From Octopus sinensis (Eukaryota): a stretch of DNA of 64,000 bases. The stretch is taken from the NCBI RefSeq assembly GCF_006345805.1, contig NC_042998.1, positions 161,262,001 through 161,326,000 of the forward strand, given 5' to 3'. Shown here one piece after another: positions 12,837-25,359 of this stretch. Both the position numbers and the translations under genes were made by a program. The notes beneath the pieces were generated by a model, which was not told where the DNA came from, did not search any database, and saw only the letters and a list, made by a program, of their open reading frames with translations. The number at the start of each line of letters is the position of its first letter. Within the stretch, counting starts at the first letter, position 1.

Positions 12837-12899
12837 TCAAACACTTTGTCAAAACCCTCGAGTCACGCTGTTGCATTTGCTAAATATTGATAAAAGAAA

Positions 12900-12915
12900 T
12901 ATATATATATACATT

Positions 12916-12965
<50 letters not shown>
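12900..12965. repeat. (TA)n microsatellite
   Basis: direct reading. Confidence 0.95.
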
Positions 12966-12969
<4 letters not shown>

Positions 12970-13059
12970 CTATTTCATCATGCTGAACCGTCAATACCTA
13001 CATATTGTTTTTCTCACTCTGTTTTTTTTTTTCGTTCTCTCCATTCTTTTTCCCTCTCA

Positions 13060-13185
13060 ATCCTTTCTTTTAAAAAGGTTTGAAATGTCAAAAACTTTTC
13101 TATTCTTCTTGAGCATCAAACTAATACACCAGTTTGTTGTTCCTTCACCTATCTTCGTTTTCTGTTTTCTGTAAATTTGAACTTG
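13060..13185 (+). repeat. decayed copy of repeat family H2
   Basis: aligns to 49367-49495: cctttct..ggtttGAAAtgtc..gagcatcaaactaatacacc..gtttgttgt..tcttcgttttctgttttctgtaaatttgaact. Confidence 0.7.
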
Positions 13186-13229
13186 TTAACAGTAAGTTTT
13201 CACATTTATATATGATTTCTGCAACTCCA

Positions 13230-13600
13230 CACTCTGTTCTCTGCCTATTTTCTTTCTTTCTTTCTATCCCTCTATACTCTTCTATATTTCTTTTTCTTCC
13301 CCTCCTTTGCTGTCTCCTGTCTATCCTTCCTTCACTCTCCACTATCTTTCTTTCATTCTCCCTTCTCCTCACTCCCTTTGTTTCTTTCCCTTCTCTTTTC
13401 TCTTGTCACCCTTCCCCTCTGCCTGTTGCTCACATATGACTACAAGCCATTTTTACTATCTGTCTTTTTTTGGATGGGACGTCCAGCCAGCTGGACGTCT
13501 TTTCTCTTGCCTCTCGATATTTTTACTCTTCTGCTACTTTTTTTCTCTCCTACTACTTTTTCTCTTCTATTATTTTTCTCCTTTTTTTTATACCCTTTCA
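13230..13600 (+). repeat. long polypyrimidine (CT-rich) low-complexity tract
   Basis: strong strand asymmetry, very few G. Confidence 0.8.
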
Positions 13601-14247
13601 GAATTTCTCCCAGGCATTACCTATTACAATTCGTCTTGACTTAACAGCCCGTAATGTCTGTCTTCATTGATTTTTTACTCTGTACATCCACTCTGGTGTC
13701 ATTTGTTCATTTGAAGCACTAACTCTCCATAAATCTTATATTTTAAAAATTTCTGGATGCTACTGTCTTATGAAGTTTTCCTGTCTTGTAATTGAAAGCA
13801 CGAAACAGGTAGTAATAAACAGTTGACAACTGAGGAGGAGTTAGACTTCTTTTGGTACTTTATTCTGTACTTATTTCTATGTGTATTTTTTGGGGTATTT
13901 TGTCCTGTACTTATCTCTCATGTGTTTATGTATTTTTCACTTGCTGGTGATGCCCTGTATTTAAAAGCTCCCTGTTTCAGATCGATTCTATTACGCAATA
14001 TGATTAATATTTTTACATATTCTGAATATCAATGACAATACCATATAACATTGGAAGCACTTCTATATTTTCTGCTTTTTTTAAAAATTTTGATTCGTGA
14101 TAAACCCATACTTATCCTTGTCTTTACCTATAACTTATGAGCATACTATGTTTGAATATGTATGTCTATGGTTAAATATAGGTAATATACCAGTAGTGGA
14201 ATGGATACTTCTGTCCTGCAGACGATTATTTTAACTTCTAACTCAAC

Positions 14248-14300
<53 letters not shown>

Positions 14301-14719
14301 AGATAGATAGATAGGTAGATAGATAGATAGATTTGTTAAGGTAAGATCCAAGGATCAAGCTGTATGAAGTTAGTGGGCTTCAAGCAGTCCATAGAAGATA
14401 TAAAAAAACGACTTTCAGGAACAATAGTGGTTTTTTGGCACAGAAGGTTGCGTATTTTTTCCCTTATTGAAATACGAGGAGCTGCAAAAAGTTAATTTTA
14501 TAGTTCATGGTTAGCAACAGGCATTTCAATCAAATCCCCTGTGAGTTAACACAAGATTTCCTAACGGCATGTAAACTGTATATGATCAAGGTATCCTTGG
14601 CCTGAAGAGTAGCTTTTGGTTTACCCTTTGTTTGGATAATCTACTACTTCTAAGATTCTGTGAGCTATGATACATATGTAACCTGGATTTTATCTAATCC
14701 ATTCCCTAATTTTTGTGGA

Positions 14720-14918
14720 TACATACATACATACATACATGCATACATACATACATACATACATACGCACACACACACACACACATATATTTATATATAT
14801 ATATGCACACACACACATACATACATTCATACATACATACATACATACATACATACATACATACATACATACATACATACATACATACATACATACATAC
14901 ATGCATACATACATACAT
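14720..14918. repeat. (CATA)n microsatellite
   Basis: direct reading. Confidence 0.95.
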
Positions 14919-15254
14919 AAAGTTAATTAGAGGATATATTAACATCTTAAAGGGGTGATTACATCCAAGAAAACTCTGATTCTATACCTTATGTCTTTGG
15001 GAAATAATATTTCACTAAATCAATATGTATATATCAAGTATGTAATCCGTATTAAATTAAGAGAAAAAGTGGAGAGTTAGGGGTTAATATTTATTTATTA
15101 ATAATTTAACAGTCATTTCTTCTTACAGCTGTTTCCATTTATACTCATTGAATAAATTACAAATTTATGCATTAAATTTGCATTTATAAATTATGAGCAA
15201 AATATAATCAGGGAAAAGTTAGACATTAAAAAATTACATGTTGACCTATCTGTT

Positions 15255-15417
15255 CAATACATGGCAGGCCCCTTCCAGCTTCCATCTACCACATTCACGC
15301 ACAAGGCTCTGGTTAACCCAAGGCTATAGTAGAAGACACTTATCTAAAATGCCATGCAGTGGACAGAACCCTAGACCACGTGGGTGGGAAGGAAACATTA
15401 ACCACACTGCCATGCCT
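15255..15417 (-). mobile_element. SINE family B, 5' portion
   Basis: ggctatagtagaagacact..accacactgccatgcc. Confidence 0.75.
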
Positions 15418-15837
15418 TTATTTTGCTTCTTTTTGATGTTTTGACTTTCTTGTGGATGAATATAAAATAGCTATTTACTAGGGACACAAAACAATAATCA
15501 CATATTTTATTGACACCCATGAATATACACTACATTAAATTTTTGGGTGTTTCTAATATTTCAACCCTTCTAGATAATTCTGAATTATCTAATTTCAACC
15601 TGTAAATTTATAATGCTGTATGTGATGTGAGAAATCCTCATGATGTTAAATCAAAATGAGGTAGAAAAATTCGATTTTACTGGTTTGTGAAATCAAAAAT
15701 ATTTTTCTTACTAAATGTAAATTAACATAGAAATATTTCCTAGCCTTTTTTAATAAAATGCACATATTTGTAATAATACTGCCATTTACATAATATTTGA
15801 ATCAGCAATATTATATAGATTTTGATAAAAATTGTAC

Positions 15838-16300
15838 AGGTGCAGGTGTGTTTGTGGTTAAGAAACTTGCTTACTAATCATGAGGTCTTGGGTTCAGTCT
15901 CACTGCACAGTATCTCTGCAAGTGTCTTCTACTATAGCCTCAGGTTGATGTGGTAAGAAGCTTGCTTCCCAACCACATAGTTCCAGGTTCAGTTCCACCA
16001 TATGGCACCATGTGCAAGTGTCTTCTGCTATAGCCTCGGGCTGACTACAGCCTTGTGAATGGATTTGGTATGTATATATTTATGTGCATATCTGTGTTTG
16101 TCCCTCCCTGCTGCCATTGCATGACAACTGATGCTGGTATGTTTATGTCCCCATAACTTAGCAGTTCAGCAGAAGAAACTGATAGAATAAGAACTAGGTT
16201 ACAAGGAATACGTCCTGTGGTCGATTCCTTTAAATGAAACCCTTTAAGATGGTGGTCCAGCATGGTTGCAGTCAAATGATTGAAACAAATAAAAGAAAAA
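15838..16300 (+). mobile_element. SINE family B with two tandem heads
   Basis: head plus CORE-like box (tgtggt(t)aagaa..gcaagtgtcttct.ctatagcctc) occurs at about 15856-15945 and again at about 15950-16040, followed by one tail. Confidence 0.85.
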
Positions 16301-16616
16301 AAGTGTATATATATTGGCTAAACTGGCAAAATGACCATTCCTAAATACAACAATATCTGTTTCAACACACGATTTCACATCAAAAATCTTGCAAAACAAA
16401 TATATAAACGTAAGTATATATATTTTTTTACTTTTTATTTTTTATTTTTTACTTTTTATTAAAATTTTATGTATTGATTAAGTCTTTCCTTGTTTGTTTT
16501 GCAAAATAGTGGTTTTGTCTCTAATTAATATTATATAATATTTTACTATAAAATTGGATTTAATCCTAAATCTGATTTTTTTCCCTGTAAATTTGGATTT
16601 ATTCCCTAATATTTAT

Positions 16617-16619
<3 letters not shown>

Positions 16620-16653
<34 letters not shown>

Positions 16654-16705
16654 GGAGGGAGAGAGAGAGAGAGAAAGAGAGAGAGCGAGAGAGCAAGAAA
16701 GAGAA
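16620..16705. repeat. (TA)n/(GA)n microsatellite
   Basis: direct reading. Confidence 0.9.
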
Positions 16706-17079
16706 AGAACAATTTCCAAAATTTAAACAGAAACACAATGGAACAAATGGAAAAATCACTTACAAGTCAAGATGTTGCTCATTCCTCGTCAGTTATTGTC
16801 AAGAAAGATCCTTACAATTTCATGCCTTTAATGATAATATTATCATACACTTTTGATGGTGTAAACAGCAAGAAGCTGCTGGGAATAGCATGTGAGCATT
16901 GAGGGCAAAAACAAAAAACAAACGCAATACAAATGTGAATATACAAGCAAAGTTTAATAAATGTACAGTATATAAACAAAATAAATGCATGTGGCTGTTA
17001 AGAGAAATGAATATATGGGTAATGCAAAGGAAAATGTCCTATAGGACTGGAAACGAAAAAGGAAAAAATCAGAATGAAA

Positions 17080-17290
17080 GTGTCTTTGTGTTTGTCTTCT
17101 GCCACCATTTGACAACTGTCATTGATTTGTTTGTGTTCATTTACTTAGTCTTGAAAGAGAGTGATAAAATAAGTATCAAGTTTAAAAAAGATAAGCAGAA
17201 GGGTCGATTTGTTGGATTAGACCCTTCAAGGCAGTATGCCAACATGGCTGCAGTCCAATGACTGAAATTATTAAAAGATAAAATTAAAAG
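17080..17290 (+). mobile_element. SINE family B, 3' half
   Basis: tttgacaactg..gataaaataagtatc..aacatggctgcagtccaatgactgaaa. Confidence 0.7.
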
Positions 17291-17527
17291 ATGATAAATA
17301 TTTCTGTACATGTTTTATTTTAATTTTCAAATGGTTGAGAAAGTTTTGGAAATGTAACTAAAGGATTTTTCAGACAAAAATCCTTTATTATCGGTTTCTG
17401 AAGTTTTGCCTGTTAAAATGAATTTAATCATGTTTGATACTGCATTATGATATAAAGACAAGAATCATTCCATTAAGGATGTTCATAGCTTCTCTAGATT
17501 TTCCATTTCAAATAATCCTTTCTAATA

Positions 17528-17731
17528 TAGGCAGAAGGCCTGAAATTTTGGGGGGTGGGTATAAGTCAATTACAATGATCTCAGGATTCCACTGGTACTT
17601 GTTTTATCAAGCCCTAAAGAATGAAAGGCAAAGTCAACCTCTGCAGAATTTGAACTCAGAATGTAAAGATAGACAAAATACCATCAAGCATTTCTGTCCT
17701 GCACACTAATGATTCTGCCAGTTCACTGCCT
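17528..17731 (-). mobile_element. SINE family A copy
   Basis: gaaaggcaaagtcaacc..gaatttgaactcagaatgtaaag..gattctgccagttcactgcc. Confidence 0.85.
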
Positions 17732-18637
17732 AATAATGTCATCAATAAGCATTAAAGTTCCAGGACCAAAGGTATGTTATACTTTTGCACAAGACACTTC
17801 ATTTCATGTTGCCCCACTCTACTCAACTGTTATAAGAAGAGTTGTAATATCACCTGAGTGCTATTAAAATCCTCCTCTAATCCATCCAACAGTCACATTC
17901 TGAATGTGAAGCTGAGACAAGATAGAGAAGGATGAGAGAGTGTAGCTGGTGGCTCATGACTACATGGGCACTTAAAGCAATTAATGAAAGCATAGCACAT
18001 GTTACCAAGTCATACTTACTCACAAGTGATGGTTGACTGTACTTTGTTCTATAGTATTGAGTTTTCTCTATTCTCACCACTGTCTTTAAATTATTTCTTA
18101 GATTTATATTATATTCCCACCGAGCCACTTATTTAATAATTTTCTATATTTTCTTCTTGCTTCAATTACATTTTACAAACATTCCACACTATATTCCTGA
18201 CACTGATATCATATAACTATGCATTTAATAGCTAATGAGTCTCCCAAACTTGCTCCTGATGAGCAACATATTACTCTGCTTGTAAGACATGCTTTGCTTT
18301 TTATAATTAATGCATTTAGTTGCACTTGACTCATCTATTTAAGCTAAAGCCCACCAAATTCCAGGTGTCATAAGAATTCTATAATTTCCTTCCATTAAAT
18401 ATTCTCCATTGCTTTGGTAGACATGTGAAGTGGTAAATTCTCAAAGAACTAAATCTTAAATATGGTTTTCATCCTCAGTTGGCATTCATTCAATTAATGT
18501 CTGTTCTGTAATTGCCTGAAGACAGTATGAATGCTACATCTTCACATACCCTCCTACCTTAAGAATAAGGCATCATGTCAAAAATATATGCATATTCATG
18601 CATACATACTTTCATACATACATGCACACAAAAATAT

Positions 18638-18649
18638 ATCTATCTATCG

Positions 18650-18737
<88 letters not shown>

Positions 18738-18780
18738 GTGTGTGTATCTGCCTAACTATCTGTCTGACTTTCTATCTATC
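18638..18780. repeat. (TATC)n (GATA/Bkm-type) array
   Basis: direct reading. Confidence 0.95.
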
Positions 18781-19355
18781 TTTAAATATAATAAAGCCTA
18801 GATGTAGATGAAATAAGGTAAACACTTTCATGTTGCACTTTTGTTTTTGATGTGCAGGTTCAAAGAGTGAGAGGTTTCCTGATAGCCTATTTCATGGTTT
18901 GCTGACTGCTCCTCAGAGAACATTTGCTTGGCTTCCTCCCACAATCATTATTATAGTTTATTTAGTTGTTTTATAAAGCAAACTGGAGTTACACTAGTAC
19001 TATCGTGGATAACTTGGTATATGTATTTGTGGTTTGTATGGTTTGTCATTAATTAAACAATATATATTTTATGCACAACATAGTATGACCTGGAAGAACT
19101 AGAATAAATTTTAATATTAGAAAGCCTGGCTGGATATTCTGTTGTTGACACCTGGGAACACCTTCTCTGAAGAGTGGTCAACAAATTTTGAAATGACTCT
19201 TCATGAGACTCCTCTTTCTTTATCTGCACACCCAAGTGTAGAAGTAATTATTGTTTCTCCTTAGGTAAGCTTTGTAATATCTAAATTTAAGTTTTTCCTC
19301 ACTTACACTGTATTGTACATTATATAAAGGCTGTCCCCTCCCATAAAAATGTATA

Positions 19356-19436
19356 GTCACCATGGCTGAGTGGTTAAGATGATGGACTAGAAATCCATCA
19401 GGGTCTCCTGCATAGGTTTGAATCTTACTAGCTGCA
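19356..19436 (+). pseudogene. tRNA-Ser(AGA) pseudogene or tRNA-derived fragment
   Basis: TGGCTGAGTGGTTAAG D-arm, perfect anticodon arm ATGGA-CT-AGA-AA-TCCAT (anticodon 19389-19391), long variable arm; B box mutated to GGTTTGAATCT and acceptor stem broken. Confidence 0.8.
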
Positions 19437-19449
19437 CCCCTGCATGGCC

Positions 19450-21160
19450 ACAGCCTTTGGGGTAAAATGTATAAAAGAATAAATATATTGAATGGTTATA
19501 AAGTCAGTCTTTATCAAAATACATTCCATTTTCAAACATTAATTGAACCTATAGTGATATTTCAATTTTTTATGAATGTCTGCATTCATTCTAATGACCA
19601 TTCTGGTTCAGGTACTGATGGTAAGACGAAGCAATGAAATCGAAAAGATCACGTAACATTTTGTTTGGTATTTGTCTGTATTCTTATTCAATGGCTACTC
19701 TCAATTTATCAACAGTTGCAGGCTCTCTACTGTAAACCTCACTTAAATAAAAGTGTGGAGGTGTGAAGTCCAGTGAACATGGAAAGTATCTAACTGAATC
19801 TCTGTCTAATCCTCCAGTTTGACAAAATCTCATCTAGATAAGCTCTTGCATATCTAAGGTAATGTGGGGAACTCAGCATGCTAGAAATAAACCTCCACAT
19901 CTTCAATGCCTTATTCAGGGTATAGGAAAACATAATGTCACATTAAGTTCAACTAAATGGGGTCAGTCGTAATACTATTAAAAAAGAATGGTCTGTTTAA
20001 TCCTTTTGATGATAATCATACCATATTGTAACTCATAATCATACCATATTGTAAAGAATGGTCTGTTTAATCCTTTTGATGATAATCATACATATTGTAA
20101 ATATTGTAACATATTGTCTTTACATCTTATGGAAGTACCACTCACAAAACTCCACTCTTCAGTCCAGATCGTCTTTATTGAGAGTATGGTCTATTTTGGG
20201 AATATATATTTTCTAATGCTGGTAAATTAATTAGATGTTCCTTCATAATATGTGGATTTCCAGGTCCTCAGTAGGCAAAATTGGCAGGGTTAAATTGAGA
20301 TATTTAATTTAAATGCAGCCTTATCACTATATACAATATTTGTTGCAAAGTGAGCATTGTCTTTACATCTTATGGAAGTACCACTCACAAAACTCCACTC
20401 TTCAGTCCAGATCGTCTTCATTGAGAGTATGGTCTATTTTGGGAATATATATTTTCTAATGCTAGTGTTTTGAAATCTAATGGATGCTTGATTTTGAAAT
20501 TCTTATCTCTTGACTCACTTGTCAATAAGATTTTTTTTAGGACTCTAGCAGAATATTTACAGTAGGCTTTCTGACTTTGTGGGCTCATCGATGTCTGAGG
20601 TCTTCCAGAACATTTTTTTGTAGACATTCTAAACAGTTCCATCTTCTGCACATTTATCTATAATTCAAGTGATGAAAAGCCACATAGGTAAATCTCTTTG
20701 AAACTTCCTCCTAAATTGTCTTTGCACTTCAACTGCTCTTTCAAACTTCCAGTAGCACTTTCATGCAAATTTGTACAGTCTAAAGCTTAGTCTGGCTTCC
20801 TTCATTATTTCCTATGTGTAAGTTCTAAAACTTTTGCTGTCTTGGGAGATTCATTATGCCAATATTAATAACACAAACAGCAGTTCAACTCCACTCCTTT
20901 ATTACAAGTTAAACAAGCATTCAGTTCGTTGGATAGATATTTAACCAACTGACTAATAATAAAGGAGTGGAATTGAACCAGGGTGAGTGTGTTATTAATA
21001 TTGGTGTAATAACTCTCCCAAGACAACAAAATTTGTTTTAACACACAAATTCACATAAAGTATCTTGCAAACAAAATACAAAACCGAAATTATAAAAGAA
21101 ATGAAAATTAAATGAGTTATCAGTTGTTAAAGTGTATACACATTTTGAGGAAAACCTGTA
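19450..21160 (-). mobile_element. decayed Tc1/mariner-superfamily transposon with internal rearrangement and a nested MITE
   Basis: minus-strand translation: KCYWKFERAVEVQRQFRRKF..SGRP (HTH region), IVYSDKAAFKLN (first D), PHY..RAYLDEIL (second D region), EVYSREPATVDKLRVAI..NQNGH; TIR-like tacaggttttcctcaaaatgtgtatacac at 21132-21160. Confidence 0.8.
20832..21031. mobile_element. fold-back MITE
   Basis: ttttgctgtcttgggag..ccaatattaataacaca..gttcaactccactcctttatta pairs with taataaaggagtggaattgaac..tgtgttattaatattgg..ctcccaagacaacaaaa. Confidence 0.85.
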
Positions 21161-22099
21161 TTTCTAGGTAAAGGCATGACTGTGTGGATAAGGAGATTGC
21201 ATTCTAACCATGTAGTTTTGGATTCAGTTCCCCTGCAAAGCAACTTGGGCAAGTATATTTTACTATAGCTCCAAGCTGTCTAAAGCCTTCTTAGTGGAGT
21301 TATTGAATTTATTTTGATCAAAAGTACTTAACGTTAACATGTAGAGTTTGAAATTTAAAAAATTTGTAAATATTTACCTGCTGAATCTTTTAGGGAATTT
21401 GTGTTATGTAAACACAGCAGTATTCTTGATTTAGAAACACTAAGTCAACTTGTGTTAGAATACTTAATCTTCATTAACAGAAGACAAGGAGGAACACAGG
21501 GAATAGAAAAGAAGATAAAGATAAAGAATTGGAAGATAAAGTGTTAATGAGAGACAGAAAATGAAAGAGAGATGGAGCAAGTGATTTGCTGACAAAGTAG
21601 ACTAGATATTAACAGGACATGTCAGGTCTACTTTCGAGACTTGATGTCTTGGATTAAAATTTATTATGCAACTCTAAAACTCTACATTTTATCCCTATTT
21701 CATTCATACAGGAACTTATGAATTTAGAAAATGTACAAGTTTATACAACAGTCAATATAAATGCATATAATCTGATTGTAAGCAAAAGTCAGGGTTACAA
21801 GTGATCTGAAGGTCAAAGCCCTTTGAACCAGCTTAAGGCAGACTAAATTCTGTTAGCTGTCAAACAATCAGTCATCTGATTAATGTAGCAATGAAATATA
21901 GGGACATGTGGTGCAGATAATAAATTTAGATATATTAAATTTCGAATTTTCCTTCACACTGAATATCTGGTGACATTTGAAAATAACTAATTTCTTTCCA
22001 AGACAAGAATAGCAGTTTCTGAGGTAAGTTGGCATAATTTTTGTTTAATTTTTAATGTGTATGTGCATGTGTGTGTGTATGTGTGTGTATCTCTTATCT

Positions 22100-22472
22100 C
22101 CTTCCCTTACTTCTTTCAGTCATTAGGCTGTGACCATGCTGGGGCACTGCTTCAAAGAATTTTTTTGTTAAATGAATCAACCATGGTCCTTAGTCTTTAA
22201 ACCTCATACTTATTCTATCAACCTCTTTTGATGAATCACTAAGTTACAGAGACAAATATAAGAACAACAGGTGTCAGGTGATGGTAGGGAACAAACAATC
22301 AAACACACACACACCACACGAAGTGTTTCTTTTCAATTTTTATCAACCATATCTACTCACAAGGCTTTGGCCAGCCTGAGGCTATGGTAAAATATGCTTT
22401 CCCAAGGTGCCATGCAATGGGACTGAACCTGGAGCCATGTGGTTGCAGGCTTTTTATCACACAGCCACAGCC
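22100..22472 (-). mobile_element. SINE family B, near full length
   Basis: similarity to 12165-12579. Confidence 0.8.
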
Positions 22473-22473
22473 A

Positions 22474-22577
<104 letters not shown>

Positions 22578-23049
22578 ATAATGCTAGCATGGCTGTGTGA
22601 TTAAGAAGCCCTCATTGTAACCATATGTTATTTTAGGTTTGATCTCACTGCTTGACATTCTGAGCAAATGTCTTCTATAATAATATCATGTGTGAAATTA
22701 ATAGTTGAAAACTGTGCAAGCCTATTGCATATTTGCTTGTATATGTATGTGCGTATGTGCATGAGTGTACATGTGTGTAAGTGTGTGTGTCTTTACAATG
22801 ACACCATATGAAAAATTGCACCCTGTGTTTATTGCTTGTGACTTAGTGGATCAATATGATAAGTACTAGATTTAATGAAGATGAACAACTACTGAAGTTA
22901 GCATTTAAAAATTCCAACTGACACATTAACACTCATTATTCATGTAGTTAGTTAAACGGACTGACATTGCTTAAGTTTGTCCATTTAACTAACTACTGAA
23001 TTATACCAAAATATTGTTTCTTCTTTGACTGAATACAGATCTCCAATTT

Positions 23050-23972
23050 TACTACAATCATTACTATTATTGTTTCTTGTATGCATTTACTATGGTAGAT
23101 GATATACCAACACTATACCAAAAGAGCAAGCCATATCCAGTGGCCAAAAGGTCCTGTGGGTCATTCCTTCTCCTTCAACTTTCTAACAGCCTCTTTAGAA
23201 TCCTTGTTGTTCCAAACAAGGTTGCTTTCTGCAACAGTCCTATCTTGATGGTAATTCCCAGCTTTTCAAACCATGCATCGAACCTTAATTAACTGCTCCC
23301 AGTGCACCAACTACAATTGGTACCACTTCTAAACATCTGATTCTCCATAGTTTGCTGACTTCCTTTTTCAGTTCTTGATATTTCTCCACTTTCTCACTTT
23401 CCTTCTCATTCACGCTGCGGTCTCATGGTGAAGCAATGTCCACAATAATTGCTTTGTTCTTTGTTTCTATTACAACAATGTTTTCTAGCCATGATAAGAT
23501 GGTTACACTGAATGATCATGTCCCACAAAGTCTTGTATTGTTCATTTTCAGCAACCCTTTTCAGTTGGTGCTCATACCATTCTCACATCTACTCATATCT
23601 TTCTTATGAAAGAGCTTCCAGTGAACCAATTTGGCAATGTTGTTGTAGTCTTCTCTTGTAGTCTCTCTGTGCAAGCATTGTACATTCACTAATAATGTGG
23701 TTAATTGTTTCACCTTTCTTACCACACAACCTACAAAATGGGGAAATTGCTGACTTGTCAGTATTGAACTTGATATTGTTTGTTCTCAGTGCTTCTTGGG
23801 CTGCAAAAATAATGGCTTCAGTTTCAATGCTTTTCCTAGACCATTCCCAGATCTTATTTATGTCAGCTGTCTTTCTGGCAGTAATTGACCACATATTTTT
23901 TTCTGTTTCACCTATTCAAGATGTCTTGCTGTCTGTCTTCTTTAAATTCTCCCATTCCTTTGCTTCATCACT
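23050..23972 (-). mobile_element. 5'-truncated R4/Dong-type (RLE) non-LTR retrotransposon, 3' end
   Basis: ETEAIIFAAQ-EALRTN..CRLCGKKGETINHIISECTMLAQRDYKRR (CCHC finger), then IIVDIAS..KVEKYQEL..VVPIVVGALGAV (restriction-like endonuclease) and LLQKATLFGTTRIL; frameshifts present. Confidence 0.9.
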
Positions 23973-24444
23973 TGCAATTTCAAGTTTCACCTTCCAGCTT
24001 GTTCAGCTGGTCAAGAAAATTTTACCTCAAATACTTTTCTTATAGAAGAAGCCATGAGAAAAATCTCATCAGAAGATAGGGGTGTGTAGGATATGTTTTA
24101 CACTTGTCATAAAAATTATATTGTAAGGAGTTTTTACCTGCCATCATCATCATCATCATTATTTCTTTTCTTCCTTCCCTCCCTCACCATTTCTTTCACT
24201 TACCCATCTGCTGACCTTTATAATAAATTTATTTGTTTGGCCTTTAAGCCTTTCTTTGACATCACTGCCTTAAATTAAAATAAAAACTCCTTTCAATGTA
24301 ATTTTTATGATAAGTGTAAAAACTATCCTACACACCCCTATCTTCTGATGAGATTTTTCTCTTGGGTTCTTCTATAAAAAAAGTATTTGAGGTGAAACTT
24401 TCTTGACAAGCTGAACAAGCTGGAAGGTGAAACTTGAAATTGCA
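23973..24444. repeat. long inverted repeat: 164-bp arms (23973-24136 and 24281-24444), 144-bp spacer
   Basis: manual ungapped alignment, about 11 mismatches. Confidence 0.9.
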
Positions 24445-24462
24445 GTTAATTTGAACTTTGCA

Positions 24463-24496
<34 letters not shown>

Positions 24497-24499
24497 ATT

Positions 24500-24534
<35 letters not shown>

Positions 24535-24582
24535 AAAATATTTATGTGTGTCTTTGTGTGTGTGTATAAATATGATTTAAAT

Positions 24583-24918
24583 AAGTTGTTCTTACCTGGG
24601 GTTCATAAGGCCCCTGAGGGTCCATGTAAAGGTTTTGGTGGTCCATGCAACAAAATAATAAATTGGGAATCCACAATAGTATTTCAAGGGCTCCTGAAAA
24701 AAAATTCATTTTAGATGTATGCTTGGTATATATTGGGAAAAATAACAAGGTTTCTTTCTCTAACATTTTACATAGTTCAACCTATACAAGTGAATATGTG
24801 AAAAACAAAATAGGAATTTTGAAAGAAGTTTCTATAAAACTGAATGGCTTTGGGAGTCCATTAGAATAAAATAGTAATTAAAGGGGTCCATAGATAAAAA
24901 AATGGTTAAGAACCCCTG
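24583..24918. mobile_element. hAT-type MITE
   Basis: 8-bp TSD ATTTAAAT at 24575-24582 and 24919-24926; right TIR ggttaagaacccctg, left TIR decayed. Confidence 0.75.
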
Positions 24919-25143
24919 ATTTAAATAAACAACATGAAGATTGCTAACAGAATAATGATGGCAATGTGGTTCGTCTTCTGGTTTACAAGCTTAGTTTGAA
25001 TCCTGCCATAATAGCAGGTTTCCACTCAGTGTGGTTGCTTTTCAACTATTCTCTGAGGTCCACAAGTTTGAGGTCTGACCTCCTCTCACCTACCTCAATT
25101 TCACATTCATATTCTTCACCAACAGTACCCAACATCTATTTAA

Positions 25144-25359
25144 TCCTTTAGCATTCAGATTATTCTGTCAAATGTAATCCCTATTTATTCACATTGTTTG
25201 GAATTAATCCTTCATTATTTCATAACTTCAAGATTTTGATGATGAGATTGCTTATGTTTACAATGACATTGTAGGGTAGGTTTGAAAACCTGGATCTGGC
25301 CAGTTTGTACATAAGACAGGTAGAATATTTGGGCTAGATTTGGTTTAAATGCTAAAGGG
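25144..25359. mobile_element. piggyBac-type MITE
   Basis: TTAA at 25140-25143 and 25360-25363; TIR tcctttagcatt / aatgctaaaggg. Confidence 0.85.

Noticed and set aside
16739-16906. Protein-like 55-codon ORF MEQMEKSLTSQD...
   Set aside because: No recognisable homology, poor acceptor context (GA microsatellite upstream), length within chance expectation.
18257-18290. Other CTGANGA heptamers (e.g. 18257, 19167, 24346, 37843, 44056, 52496, 61843) as hammerhead candidates
   Set aside because: None has a paired stem II followed by GAAA and an NUH triplet with a closing stem I.
18857-18975. Possible terminal exon ending in a hydrophobic tail (GSKSERF...IIIIVYLVVL*)
   Set aside because: Hydrophobic tails arise readily from T-rich DNA; no supporting upstream exon.
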